A stretch of 14,646 nucleotides of DNA, from the NCBI GenBank assembly GCA_030700195.1, contig JAUYKD010000019.1:1-14646 (forward strand). Direction: 5' to 3'. Every line of letters begins with the position of its first letter. Position 1 is the stretch's first letter. A program made the position numbers and the translations under genes. The notes below the pieces were generated by a model. That model saw nothing but the letters and a program-made list of their open reading frames with translations. It ran no database searches and was not told the origin of the DNA. Shown here piece by piece: positions 1 to 6,650 of the stretch. Source of the DNA: Candidatus Nealsonbacteria bacterium (GTDB lineage: Bacteria; Patescibacteriota; Minisyncoccia; Minisyncoccales; MHMH01).

Positions 1-264
1 ATTCATATTAACGGCATATCTTTAATAGAACCGAAGTGGACAGAGAAGGGAATTAAAAATATAGAAAAAGCAATCAAATTCTTGGAAAACTATAAATGGT
101 CAAGCTACCCAGACTATATTGGAAAGAAGAATTTTCCTTCAATAACCAAACGAGATTTTCTTTTAAGAATAACGAACGGAGGAAGCGGATATAAAGAAGT
201 TATTGAGGGCCGAATGAAAGATAAAGAAAATAAACATTTTAACGATATAGAGGCGGAATTATAA
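1..264 (+). CDS. 3' end (87 codons) of an IS200/IS605-type Y1 transposase-like / RAYT-like protein; the 5' part lies left of the window
   Basis: Frame 1 is open from base 1 (IHINGISLIEPKWTEKGIKN...) to TAA at 262-264. The track start at 82 is only an internal TTG. The tail motif FLENYKWSSYPDYIGKKNFPS resembles, from memory, the conserved C-terminal W-SSY-DY region of Y1_Tnp-like proteins common in Parcubacteria. The catalytic HUH/Tyr part is outside the window, so the family call is tentative. Confidence 0.5.
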   Translation: MHINGISLIEPKWTEKGIKNIEKAIKFLENYKWSSYPDYIGKKNFPSITKRDFLLRITNGGSGYKEVIEGRMKDKENKHFNDIEAEL

Positions 265-273
265 TAAAAAAGG

Positions 274-310
274 CGCGGAGAACTGTTCTCCGCGGAGCTA
301 TTTTTATTTT
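274..310 (+). terminator. putative intrinsic terminator after the transposase-like CDS
   Basis: 9-bp stem CGCGGAGAA (274-282) / TTCTCCGCG (286-294) with loop CTG, followed by GAGCTA and a T-rich run from 301. The T-run is 6 nt from the stem, so it is not fully canonical. Confidence 0.5.
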
Positions 311-320
311 ATTTTGTTTC

Positions 321-329
321 TGGTATGAT
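321..329 (+). promoter_or_regulatory. extended -10 promoter element (TGgTATGAT) positioned for a leaderless ctpA mRNA
   Basis: TG at 321-322 and TATGAT at 324-329. Only 6 nt (AAAACA) separate the -10 from ATG 336, and there is no GGAGG-like motif upstream of the ATG. Confidence 0.4.
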
Positions 330-335
330 AAAACA

Positions 336-1538
336 ATGAGAAAAAAGGGCTTATTTTTATTTTTTCCGTTGATTGTTATTTTAATCGCTTTCGGGCTCGG
401 TTTTTACGTTGGTAAGCTTCAAGTGCCTCCGGCCCCGATAGAAGGCGTTTGCAATCAAACCGTGGGAGAACCGCAAGATGTTGACTTTTCTCTTTTCTGG
501 GATGCCTGGAGGGTTTTAGAACAAAACTTTTTTGACTCGGAAAAAATAAACTATCAGGATATGATTTATGGGGCGATTTCGGGCATGGTTAAATCTTTAA
601 AAGACCCTTATACGGTTTATATGCCGCCCGAAGACGCCAAGATTTTTAAGGATGATGTTTCAGGCGAGTTCCAGGGCGTTGGCATGGAAATAGGCATCAG
701 GCAAGGGACATTAACAGTCATCGCTCCTTTAGAGGGTACGCCAGCCCAAAGGGCTGGGTTAAGGCCCGGGGATAAAATTATTAAAGTGGACGATGTTTAC
801 GTAGCTGACATTACGGTTGATGAGGCGGTTAAGCTTATTAGAGGGGAAAAGGGGACAAAGGTTGTTTTAACGATTATGCGAGACACTTTTGATCAGGTAA
901 AGGATTTTGAGATTATCAGAGAGGTTATTGAGATACCTTCCATTAAATGGGAAGTAAAAGAAGAAGACATTGCTTATATCAAGCTTTATAATTTTTCTGA
1001 AGCCGGAGGTAATGCTTTTAAACAAGTAGGCATGGAAATAATGAAAAGCCCGACTAAGAAAATAATCTTTGACTTGAGAAATAATCCCGGCGGCTACCTT
1101 GAGGTGGCCCAGGATATTACGGGCTGGTTTTTAGAAAAAGGACAAGTTGTAACTATAGAGGATTTTGGCGGCAAAAAAGACAATAAAGAATACAAGGCCA
1201 ATGGTTCGGGGCAGTTTGTTTCTTATCCAATAGTTATTTTAATTAACCAGGGTTCAGCTTCCGCTTCCGAAATATTAGCCGGAGCATTAAGAGACCAAAG
1301 AGAAGTTCAGCTTATTGGCGCAAAATCATTCGGCAAAGGTTCGGTTCAAACTCTGGAAGAATTGAAAAGCGGTTCGTTAAAGATTACGGTGGCTAAATGG
1401 CTGACTCCTAACGGGCAGACAATTGATGGAGAAGGGCTGGTGCCGGATATTGAGATTGAATTGAGCGAAGAAGACTATAATAACGAGAGAGATCCGCAAC
1501 TGGAGAAAGCTATTGAAATAATAAGAGAGATGAGATAA
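336..1538 (+). CDS. ctpA: carboxyl-terminal processing protease (peptidase S41) with PDZ domain and N-terminal membrane anchor
   Basis: 400-aa ORF. Hydrophobic N-terminus GLFLFFPLIVILIAFGLGFYVG. PDZ-type segment GVGMEIG...APLEGTPAQRAGLRPGDKIIKVD. S41 catalytic Ser motif NQGSASASEILAGAL and Lys motif FGKGSVQ. Confidence 0.92.
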   Translation: MRKKGLFLFFPLIVILIAFGLGFYVGKLQVPPAPIEGVCNQTVGEPQDVDFSLFWDAWRVLEQNFFDSEKINYQDMIYGAISGMVKSLKDPYTVYMPPEDAKIFKDDVSGEFQGVGMEIGIRQGTLTVIAPLEGTPAQRAGLRPGDKIIKVDDVYVADITVDEAVKLIRGEKGTKVVLTIMRDTFDQVKDFEIIREVIEIPSIKWEVKEEDIAYIKLYNFSEAGGNAFKQVGMEIMKSPTKKIIFDLRNNPGGYLEVAQDITGWFLEKGQVVTIEDFGGKKDNKEYKANGSGQFVSYPIVILINQGSASASEILAGALRDQREVQLIGAKSFGKGSVQTLEELKSGSLKITVAKWLTPNGQTIDGEGLVPDIEIELSEEDYNNERDPQLEKAIEIIREMR

Positions 1539-1553
1539 TATAAAAAAGCAGGC

Positions 1554-1600
1554 GAAGAGAACTTTGTTCTCTTCTTAATCTTCGTCCCGCGAAGCGGGAC
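1554..1600 (+). terminator. two tandem hairpins between ctpA and rplI (possible terminator/attenuator)
   Basis: Hairpin A: GAAGAGAAC (1554-1562) / GTTCTCTTC (1566-1574), loop TTT, tail TTAATCTTC. Hairpin B: GTCCCGC (1584-1590) / GCGGGAC (1594-1600), GAA triloop, ending 7 nt before the rplI ATG. Confidence 0.4.
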
Positions 1601-1607
1601 TCGATTT

Positions 1608-2054
1608 ATGAAGATAATTTTATTACAAGACGTTGATAAAATCGGGAAAAAATACGAAGTCAAAAACGTAGCCGACGGCTACGGCCGGAATTTTTTATTG
1701 GCCAAAGGTTTGGCAAAAATTGCCGACGAGGAATCCTTGAAATTGATTGAAAAGCAGAAAGAGGAATTAAGAGTAAAAGCTGAAGAAGAATTAGGTAAAA
1801 TTCAGCAATTCGCTTCAACCTTGGACGGATTTGAGCTTACTATTCCTTTCAAACTAGGGGATAAAGACCAATTATTTGAGTCGGTTACTTCCCAGAAGGT
1901 GGCTGAAAAACTGAAAGAGCAGGGGTTTGATATAAAAAAGACGCAGATTATTTTGCCCGAGCCGATTAAAGAGATGGGTGAATTTCCAGTTAAAATACAA
2001 TTAGGCCACAATTTGGAAGTAGAAATAAAATTAATAATTATTGAAGAAAAATAA
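1608..2054 (+). CDS. rplI: 50S ribosomal protein L9
   Basis: 148 aa. The N-terminal domain MKIILLQDVDKIGKKYEVKNVADGYGRNFLLAKGLA matches the canonical L9 N-terminus, followed by a long charged helix and a C-terminal domain. Confidence 0.93.
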   Translation: MKIILLQDVDKIGKKYEVKNVADGYGRNFLLAKGLAKIADEESLKLIEKQKEELRVKAEEELGKIQQFASTLDGFELTIPFKLGDKDQLFESVTSQKVAEKLKEQGFDIKKTQIILPEPIKEMGEFPVKIQLGHNLEVEIKLIIIEEK

Positions 2055-3685
2055 TGACGCGCTATATTTTCGTAGCTGGCGGAGTTATGTCGGGCATAGG
2101 CAAAGGAGTGGCTGTGGCGGGAATCGGCAAGATTTTAAAGAGCTATGGTTTCAGGGTCACTGCCATAAAAATAGATCCTTACGTCAATGTTGACGCAGGT
2201 ACTATGAATCCGATTGAGCATGGAGAAATTTTTGTAACGGCTGACGGGACAGAATGCGACCAGGATTTAGGCAACTACGAAAGATTTATTGACGAGGATT
2301 TAAGCACTCTCAACTATATAACAACCGGCCGGGTTTATCAGGCGGTTATTGAAAGAGAAAGAAACTTAGGGTATGGAGGCAAGTGCGTGGAAGTTGTGCC
2401 TCATATCCCGGAAGAAGTTATTCTTAGAATAAAAAAAGCGGCCAGAGCAACCAGGGCCGATTTTGTTTTAATAGAAATCGGAGGGACGGTCGGAGAATAC
2501 CAAAACTCGCTCTTTTTGGAAGCAGCCCGGATGATGAAAATGAATATGTCCGGCAATCTGCTGTTTATTTTGATCAGCTATTTGCCTGTTCCTAGAATGG
2601 TCGGGGAAATGAAAACCAAACCGACTCAGCAGGCGGTCAGATGGCTCAATATGGCCGGCATTCAGCCGGATATGATTCTAGCCAGGTCAGTTGTTCCTTT
2701 AGACAAGCCGAGAAAAAGAAAGATATCCGTTTTTTGCAACGTTTCAAAGGAAGATGTCATTTCAGCTCCGGATGTTAAATCAATTTATGAAATTCCCCTT
2801 AACTTTGAGAAAGACAGAATGGGGGATAGGATATTAAAGAAATTCGGTTTGAGGCCTAAGAAAAAAGGAAATATGAGAGATTGGAAAAAACTGGTCAATA
2901 TTATCAGAACAGCCAAAAAACCGGTTAAAATAGGCATTGTCGGCAAATACTTTGAAACAGGCAATTTCACTTTGACTGACTCTTATATTTCCATCATTGA
3001 AGCGATCAAGCATGCCAGCTGGTCTTTTAAAAGAAAACCAGAAATCTATTGGCTTTCTTCGGAGGATTACGAGAAAAATCCCCGCTTGTTAAAGGGATTA
3101 AAAGAGTACGATGGAATAATTGTACCCGGTGGTTTTGGAGTAAGAGGGATTGAAGGTAAAATAAAAACCATCCAATTCTGCAGAAAAAACAAAATACCTT
3201 ATTTTGGCTTATGCCTTGGTATGCAGTTGGCTGTTATTGAGTTTGCCAGGAATGTTTGCGGGTTAAGGAGGGCTAATTCAGCCGAGTTTAACTCAAAGTG
3301 CAAAGAAAACGTGATTGATGTCATGCCAGATCAAAACATCCTTTTGAAAGAGAAAAGGTATGGAGGCACCATGAGATTGGGGGATTACAAATGCCGGATA
3401 AAGCCGGGCACTATAAGCCATAAAGCCTATAAATCCTCAAATATTTTTGAAAGACACAGGCATCGGTACGAAGTAAATAACGCTTTCAGGAGTATTTTGG
3501 AAAAAAGAGGAATAGTTGTGGCCGGAGTTAATCCGGAAAGAGATTTGGTTGAGATAATTGAAATTAAGGGTCATCCTTTTTTCGTGGCTACCCAGTTTCA
3601 TCCGGAGTTTAAATCACGTCCGACAAAACCTCATCCGCTGTTTCGTGAATTTATCAGAGCTTGTTCTCGCCGGCAATCACATTGA
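2054..3685 (+). CDS. pyrG: CTP synthase
   Basis: 543 aa. N-terminal [15 protein letters not shown]. Glutamine amidotransferase motifs GLCLGMQ (Cys nucleophile), HRHRYEVN and QFHPEF. The start overlaps the rplI stop by 1 nt (TAATG). Confidence 0.97.
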   Translation: MTRYIFVAGGVMSGIGKGVAVAGIGKILKSYGFRVTAIKIDPYVNVDAGTMNPIEHGEIFVTADGTECDQDLGNYERFIDEDLSTLNYITTGRVYQAVIERERNLGYGGKCVEVVPHIPEEVILRIKKAARATRADFVLIEIGGTVGEYQNSLFLEAARMMKMNMSGNLLFILISYLPVPRMVGEMKTKPTQQAVRWLNMAGIQPDMILARSVVPLDKPRKRKISVFCNVSKEDVISAPDVKSIYEIPLNFEKDRMGDRILKKFGLRPKKKGNMRDWKKLVNIIRTAKKPVKIGIVGKYFETGNFTLTDSYISIIEAIKHASWSFKRKPEIYWLSSEDYEKNPRLLKGLKEYDGIIVPGGFGVRGIEGKIKTIQFCRKNKIPYFGLCLGMQLAVIEFARNVCGLRRANSAEFNSKCKENVIDVMPDQNILLKEKRYGGTMRLGDYKCRIKPGTISHKAYKSSNIFERHRHRYEVNNAFRSILEKRGIVVAGVNPERDLVEIIEIKGHPFFVATQFHPEFKSRPTKPHPLFREFIRACSRRQSH

Positions 3686-3944
3686 CAACCTTGGCTAATC
3701 TTTGAGAATTATTGAATAATATTTTTCTTTTTATTGAAAACTTAACAAGGCCGCTGGCCATAGCGTAGAGAGTGTCGTCTTTCCCTCGTTTTACGTTTTT
3801 TCCGGGGAGGAATTTAGTGCCCCGCTGGCGGATAATGATTTGACCGGGTTTGACTTTTTCGCCATCGTACTTTTTAACTCCCAGGTACTTAGGCAAAGAA
3901 TCACGTCCCAGCTTTGATGCGCCAGTTGCTTTAGTTGTAGCCAT
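3654..3944 (-). CDS. rpmA: 50S ribosomal protein L27
   Basis: [69 protein letters not shown] is a canonical L27 core. I place the start at ATG 3944. The track start at 3962 is a TTG adding 6 non-conserved residues. The 3' end overlaps the pyrG 3' end by 32 nt. Confidence 0.93.
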   Translation of the reverse strand: MATTKATGASKLGRDSLPKYLGVKKYDGEKVKPGQIIIRQRGTKFLPGKNVKRGKDDTLYAMASGLVKFSIKRKILFNNSQRLAKVVNVIAGENKL

Positions 3945-3981
3945 ATAATATGAGCTTATCAAAAATCAGAGAATTTGTAAA

Positions 3982-4066
3982 CCCCGTTAGAAATCTATGA
4001 AAAATATGCTAAGCAATATAAATCGAAAGAAAATCTTGGATTTATGGCCAAAGATTTCTAACGGGG
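3982..4066. repeat. 15-bp perfect inverted repeat with a 55-nt spacer
   Basis: CCCCGTTAGAAATCT at 3982-3996 and its exact reverse complement AGATTTCTAACGGGG at 4052-4066. The left arm abuts ATG 3997. Confidence 0.9.
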
Positions 4067-4242
4067 CAAGAACTCATCAAGCGGATATCGTGCTGGTTAT
4101 TGGAGTTATCCTTATTTCTTTGCTTTCTTTTGCTCTGGGCTATATAACTGCTAAAACTCAGGAAAAACAACCTATTAAATTTGAAATACATGAAAATAGC
4201 TATAATTGGAGCGGGAATAGTCGGACTTTATTTATCTCTTAA
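3997..4242 (+). CDS. hypothetical small single-pass membrane protein (81 aa)
   Basis: An 81-codon ORF is long for an AT-rich sequence. It has a basic N-terminus (NINRKKILDLWPK) then one hydrophobic helix IVLVIGVILISLLSFALGYI, consistent with positive-inside topology. Against it: no SD, its start region is clamped by the 15-bp inverted repeat, and its last 53 nt overlap the next CDS out of frame. Confidence 0.4.
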   Translation: MKNMLSNINRKKILDLWPKISNGARTHQADIVLVIGVILISLLSFALGYITAKTQEKQPIKFEIHENSYNWSGNSRTLFIS

Positions 4243-5113
4243 TCTTTCAAGAAAAGGGCATAAAGTCGTTGTTTTTGAAAAGAAGGCTAAGATTGGGAAA
4301 TCAGCTTGTTCCGGGCTTTTTTCTGAAAGGATTCTTCAGTTTATTCCTGAAGCTGAAAGTTTGACGCAAAATAAAATAAAGAGCGTTTTAATACATTTTC
4401 CCGGAAAAACCCTGAAAATAGAATTTTCTAAACCCTTCTTAGTTATGAATCATGCTCAGTTGGATATGCTGGTGGCTGATTTGGCCAAAAAAGCCGGAGC
4501 AGAAATAAAGCTTAATTATAATTGGTCAAGCAATAATGAATTTGACAGAGTTATCGGATGTGACGGCGCTCAATCATTTATCAGAAAAAGCTTAAAAGAG
4601 AAAGAGCCGAAATACCGCTTGGGCATCATTGGTTTTACTGCTCAAAAAGACGGTTCCGATTATGTTGAGACTTGGCCGGTTAAAAACGGCTTTATCTGGA
4701 GGATTCCTCGCGGAGATGAGACAGAATATGGTATAATTGCTGAATCAAGAGAAGCTAAAAAACTTTTCGACGATTTCCTTAAGAAAAACAATATTTTTCT
4801 TTCAAATATTACTTCAGCTTTGATCCCCCAAGGTTTAATAATTCCTAAAAATAACAATATCACTCTTTGCGGAGACGCGGCTGGGCTAACTAAGCCGTGG
4901 AGTGGGGGAGGAGTAATTTTTGGACTAATAGCTGCCCAAATACTTCTTGCCACTTTTTCAGACTTTTTAAAATACAGACAAAACAGCATTAGATATTTTT
5001 ATTCCAGAATGTTTTTTTATAAGATAATCACTAAAATAGTTTATTTCTTGGGATTTAACTTTCCTTGGATTTTACCTAAAAATATTAAAATAGAAGGCGA
5101 TTTTTTACTTTAA
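4190..5113 (+). CDS. FAD-dependent oxidoreductase of the geranylgeranyl reductase family
   Basis: Rossmann dinucleotide motif IAIIGAGIVGLYLSLNLSRKGHKVVVFEK. The GCDGAQSFIRK and LCGDAAGLTKPWSGGGV (GDAAG) motifs are typical of geranylgeranyl reductase-like flavoproteins. Start placed at ATG 4190 (MKIAIIGAG); the track start at 4181 is a TTG. Confidence 0.75.
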   Translation: MKIAIIGAGIVGLYLSLNLSRKGHKVVVFEKKAKIGKSACSGLFSERILQFIPEAESLTQNKIKSVLIHFPGKTLKIEFSKPFLVMNHAQLDMLVADLAKKAGAEIKLNYNWSSNNEFDRVIGCDGAQSFIRKSLKEKEPKYRLGIIGFTAQKDGSDYVETWPVKNGFIWRIPRGDETEYGIIAESREAKKLFDDFLKKNNIFLSNITSALIPQGLIIPKNNNITLCGDAAGLTKPWSGGGVIFGLIAAQILLATFSDFLKYRQNSIRYFYSRMFFYKIITKIVYFLGFNFPWILPKNIKIEGDFLL

Positions 5114-5116
5114 ATT

Positions 5117-5818
5117 ATGACTGACCAGCTTAAAAAAATTCCTTATCATTTAGGCATTATTATGGACGGCAACCGGAGATGGGCCAAACAAAAAGGATTG
5201 CCTACGCTTGAAGGCCATTTTCGGGGATATAAAAAAATTGGAGAAGTAGGGGAATGGTGCAGAAAAAAAGGCATTAAGATTTTAACTCTCTGGACTTTTT
5301 CTACTGAAAACTGGCATAGGTCTCAAAAAGAGGTTGATTATTTAATGAAGCTTCTTGAGATGGCTTTGAGTAAAAGAGAAATTAATAAATTAAGCAAGAA
5401 AGGCATAAAGCTAAGAATTATTGGACAAAAAGAGCGTTTTTCAGAAAAACTGCAAAGATTAATAAAAGAAGCCGAAGAAGCTACTAAAAATAATAAAGAG
5501 GCTACCTTGGTTTTAGCTATGAGTTATGGAGGCAGAGCGGAAATAATTGAAGCTGTCCAAAAAATCATAAACAAAAAAAATACGGTTGGCAAAATTACAG
5601 AAGAGACAATTAATGAAAACCTTTGGACAGCGGGTTTGCCGGACCCGGATTTAATCCTTAGAACAGGAGAAGAATTAAGGGTTTCCGGATTTTTAACTTG
5701 GCAATCAGTCTATGCCGAGTTATATTTTCTAAAAAAATATTGGCCGGAGTTCAGTGAGAAAGATTTAGATATAATTTTGGCTGATTATGCTAATCGCGAA
5801 AGAAGGTGGGGGAGATAA
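5117..5818 (+). CDS. uppS: undecaprenyl-diphosphate synthase (cis-prenyltransferase)
   Basis: 233 aa. HLGIIMDGNRRWAK, FSTENW and C-terminal YANRERRWG are signatures of the UppS family. The start is 3 nt after the preceding stop. Confidence 0.95.
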   Translation: MTDQLKKIPYHLGIIMDGNRRWAKQKGLPTLEGHFRGYKKIGEVGEWCRKKGIKILTLWTFSTENWHRSQKEVDYLMKLLEMALSKREINKLSKKGIKLRIIGQKERFSEKLQRLIKEAEEATKNNKEATLVLAMSYGGRAEIIEAVQKIINKKNTVGKITEETINENLWTAGLPDPDLILRTGEELRVSGFLTWQSVYAELYFLKKYWPEFSEKDLDIILADYANRERRWGR

Positions 5819-5819
5819 T

Positions 5820-6497
5820 ATGCAAATATTTCCGACCATTACCACTAAGACCAAGTCAGGCTGGAAAAGCAAGGTTGAAGAGGTAAGGATTCTTAAACTG
5901 AAAGAGGTCTCTGTTTTTCTTAGTTGTTTATTACCCCAAGAGAGAAAAGAGCTCTATCAGGCGCTGAAAAAGACAAAGGTTCAGAAAATACCTTTGGTTC
6001 ATTTAAGAGACGATGTTGAATTGTGGGAATTAGATTATTTGAGAGAGCATTACCAAACTGCGATTTTTAACACCCATAGCGGCAGAGAATTTCCTTTTAA
6101 GAATAATTTGGATAAATATAAAAAGGAAATTTACATTGAAAACGCTTACTATTCGTTTGACGAAGAAGAGCTCAAAGAGTTTGCCGGGATTTGTCTGGAT
6201 TTTTCCCATTTGGAAAACGACCGGCTTTTGCGTCCTGAAATTTATCAGCAAGATATCAAGCTCATAGAAAAATATCCTCTTGGCTGCGGGCACATTTCAG
6301 CCATTAACTCAATGACCAATATGGATAAAGAGGGGAGCGCGTGGCGCTGTTCTCATTTTTTTGAAAACTTATTCGAGTTTGATTATTTGAAAAGATATCC
6401 GCTAAAATATTTTCCGTCCATTATAGCTATTGAGCTTGAAAATAGTATAAAAGATCAGCTTAAAGTCAAAGAATATATTTTGAATCTCTTAGCTTAA
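5820..6497 (+). CDS. hypothetical protein, probably a xylose-isomerase-like / AP-endonuclease-2-type TIM-barrel metal-binding fold
   Basis: Start placed at ATG 5820 (MQIFPTI), 8 nt after GGGGGAG and 1 nt after the uppS stop. The track start at 5787 lies inside uppS. Alternating strand-end motifs IFPTI, PLVHLRDD, IFNTHSG, IYIEN, ICLDFSH, GHISAI and IIAIELEN resemble the H/E/D..H/H/E ligand pattern of that superfamily. The function call is from memory only. Confidence 0.6.
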   Translation: MQIFPTITTKTKSGWKSKVEEVRILKLKEVSVFLSCLLPQERKELYQALKKTKVQKIPLVHLRDDVELWELDYLREHYQTAIFNTHSGREFPFKNNLDKYKKEIYIENAYYSFDEEELKEFAGICLDFSHLENDRLLRPEIYQQDIKLIEKYPLGCGHISAINSMTNMDKEGSAWRCSHFFENLFEFDYLKRYPLKYFPSIIAIELENSIKDQLKVKEYILNLLA

Positions 6498-6498
6498 C

Positions 6499-6527
6499 TT
6501 GACAGATTTTATTGTTCATAATAATAT
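6499..6527 (+). promoter_or_regulatory. putative sigma-70-type promoter of an orphan small transcription unit
   Basis: TTGACA (6499-6504), 17-nt spacer, TAATAT (6522-6527), immediately after the stop of the preceding CDS. Confidence 0.4.
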
Positions 6528-6544
6528 TATATAATAAATAAAAG

Positions 6545-6633
6545 AAGGAGGTGATAATTTATGAATGGTACCTGACAGACCGACTGACCAGCCAATTGAG
6601 ACGACATTTTTTATTCACAGGTGAAGCCTCCTC
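6545..6633. other. mirror-image Shine-Dalgarno plus mini-ORF pair (function unknown)
   Basis: Plus strand: AAGGAGGTGA 6545-6554. ATG 6561 gives MNGT-stop. ATG 6565 gives the 19-aa MVPDRPTDQPIETTFFIHR (6565-6624). Minus strand: GAGGAGG (complement of 6627-6633), then GTG at 6618 gives the 19-aa MNKKCRLNWLVSRSVRYHS (6559-6618). Confidence 0.35.
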
Positions 6634-6650
6634 TATAAATAGAAAGTCTT

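Noticed and set aside
741-757. CCAGCCC-AAA-GGGCTGG hairpin inside ctpA, with the same architecture as the intergenic triloop hairpins.
   Set aside because: It encodes the conserved PDZ carboxylate-binding region PAQRAG. The palindrome is explained by Pro/Ala/Gly codon complementarity and is not an insertion.
3945-3962. Longer starts offered by the ORF track: TTG 3962 for rpmA, TTG 4181 for the reductase, 5787 for the TIM-barrel gene.
   Set aside because: The conserved N-termini begin at ATG 3944 (MATTKA), ATG 4190 (MKIAIIGAG) and ATG 5820 (SD-preceded MQIFPTI). The extensions add non-conserved residues, or in the case of 5787 overlap uppS.
1475-6293. Minus-strand ORFs 1475-1663, 1802-2011, 2785-2970, 4660-4989 and 6030-6293.
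   Set aside because: Each lies inside or across a confidently identified plus-strand gene (ctpA/rplI, rplI, pyrG, the reductase, the TIM-barrel gene). None shows coding features.
6544-6554. The minus-strand string ATCACCTCCTT is identical to the 3' end of 16S rRNA, which could suggest an rRNA fragment.
   Set aside because: It is simply the complement of a perfect Shine-Dalgarno. The flanking sequence bears no resemblance to 16S helix 45.
6561-6638. Reading the three in-frame TGAs as sense codons (code 25 Gly, code 4 Trp, or selenocysteine), giving a 25-aa peptide MNGT-x-QTD-x-PAN-x-DDIFYSQVKPPL.
   Set aside because: All long genes in the window are intact under the standard code. TGA terminates pyrG, gltX (with ATGA coupling), ftsW and the recombinase at sensible positions. 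No SECIS-like hairpin follows the TGAs. Genome-wide recoding is therefore not supported.
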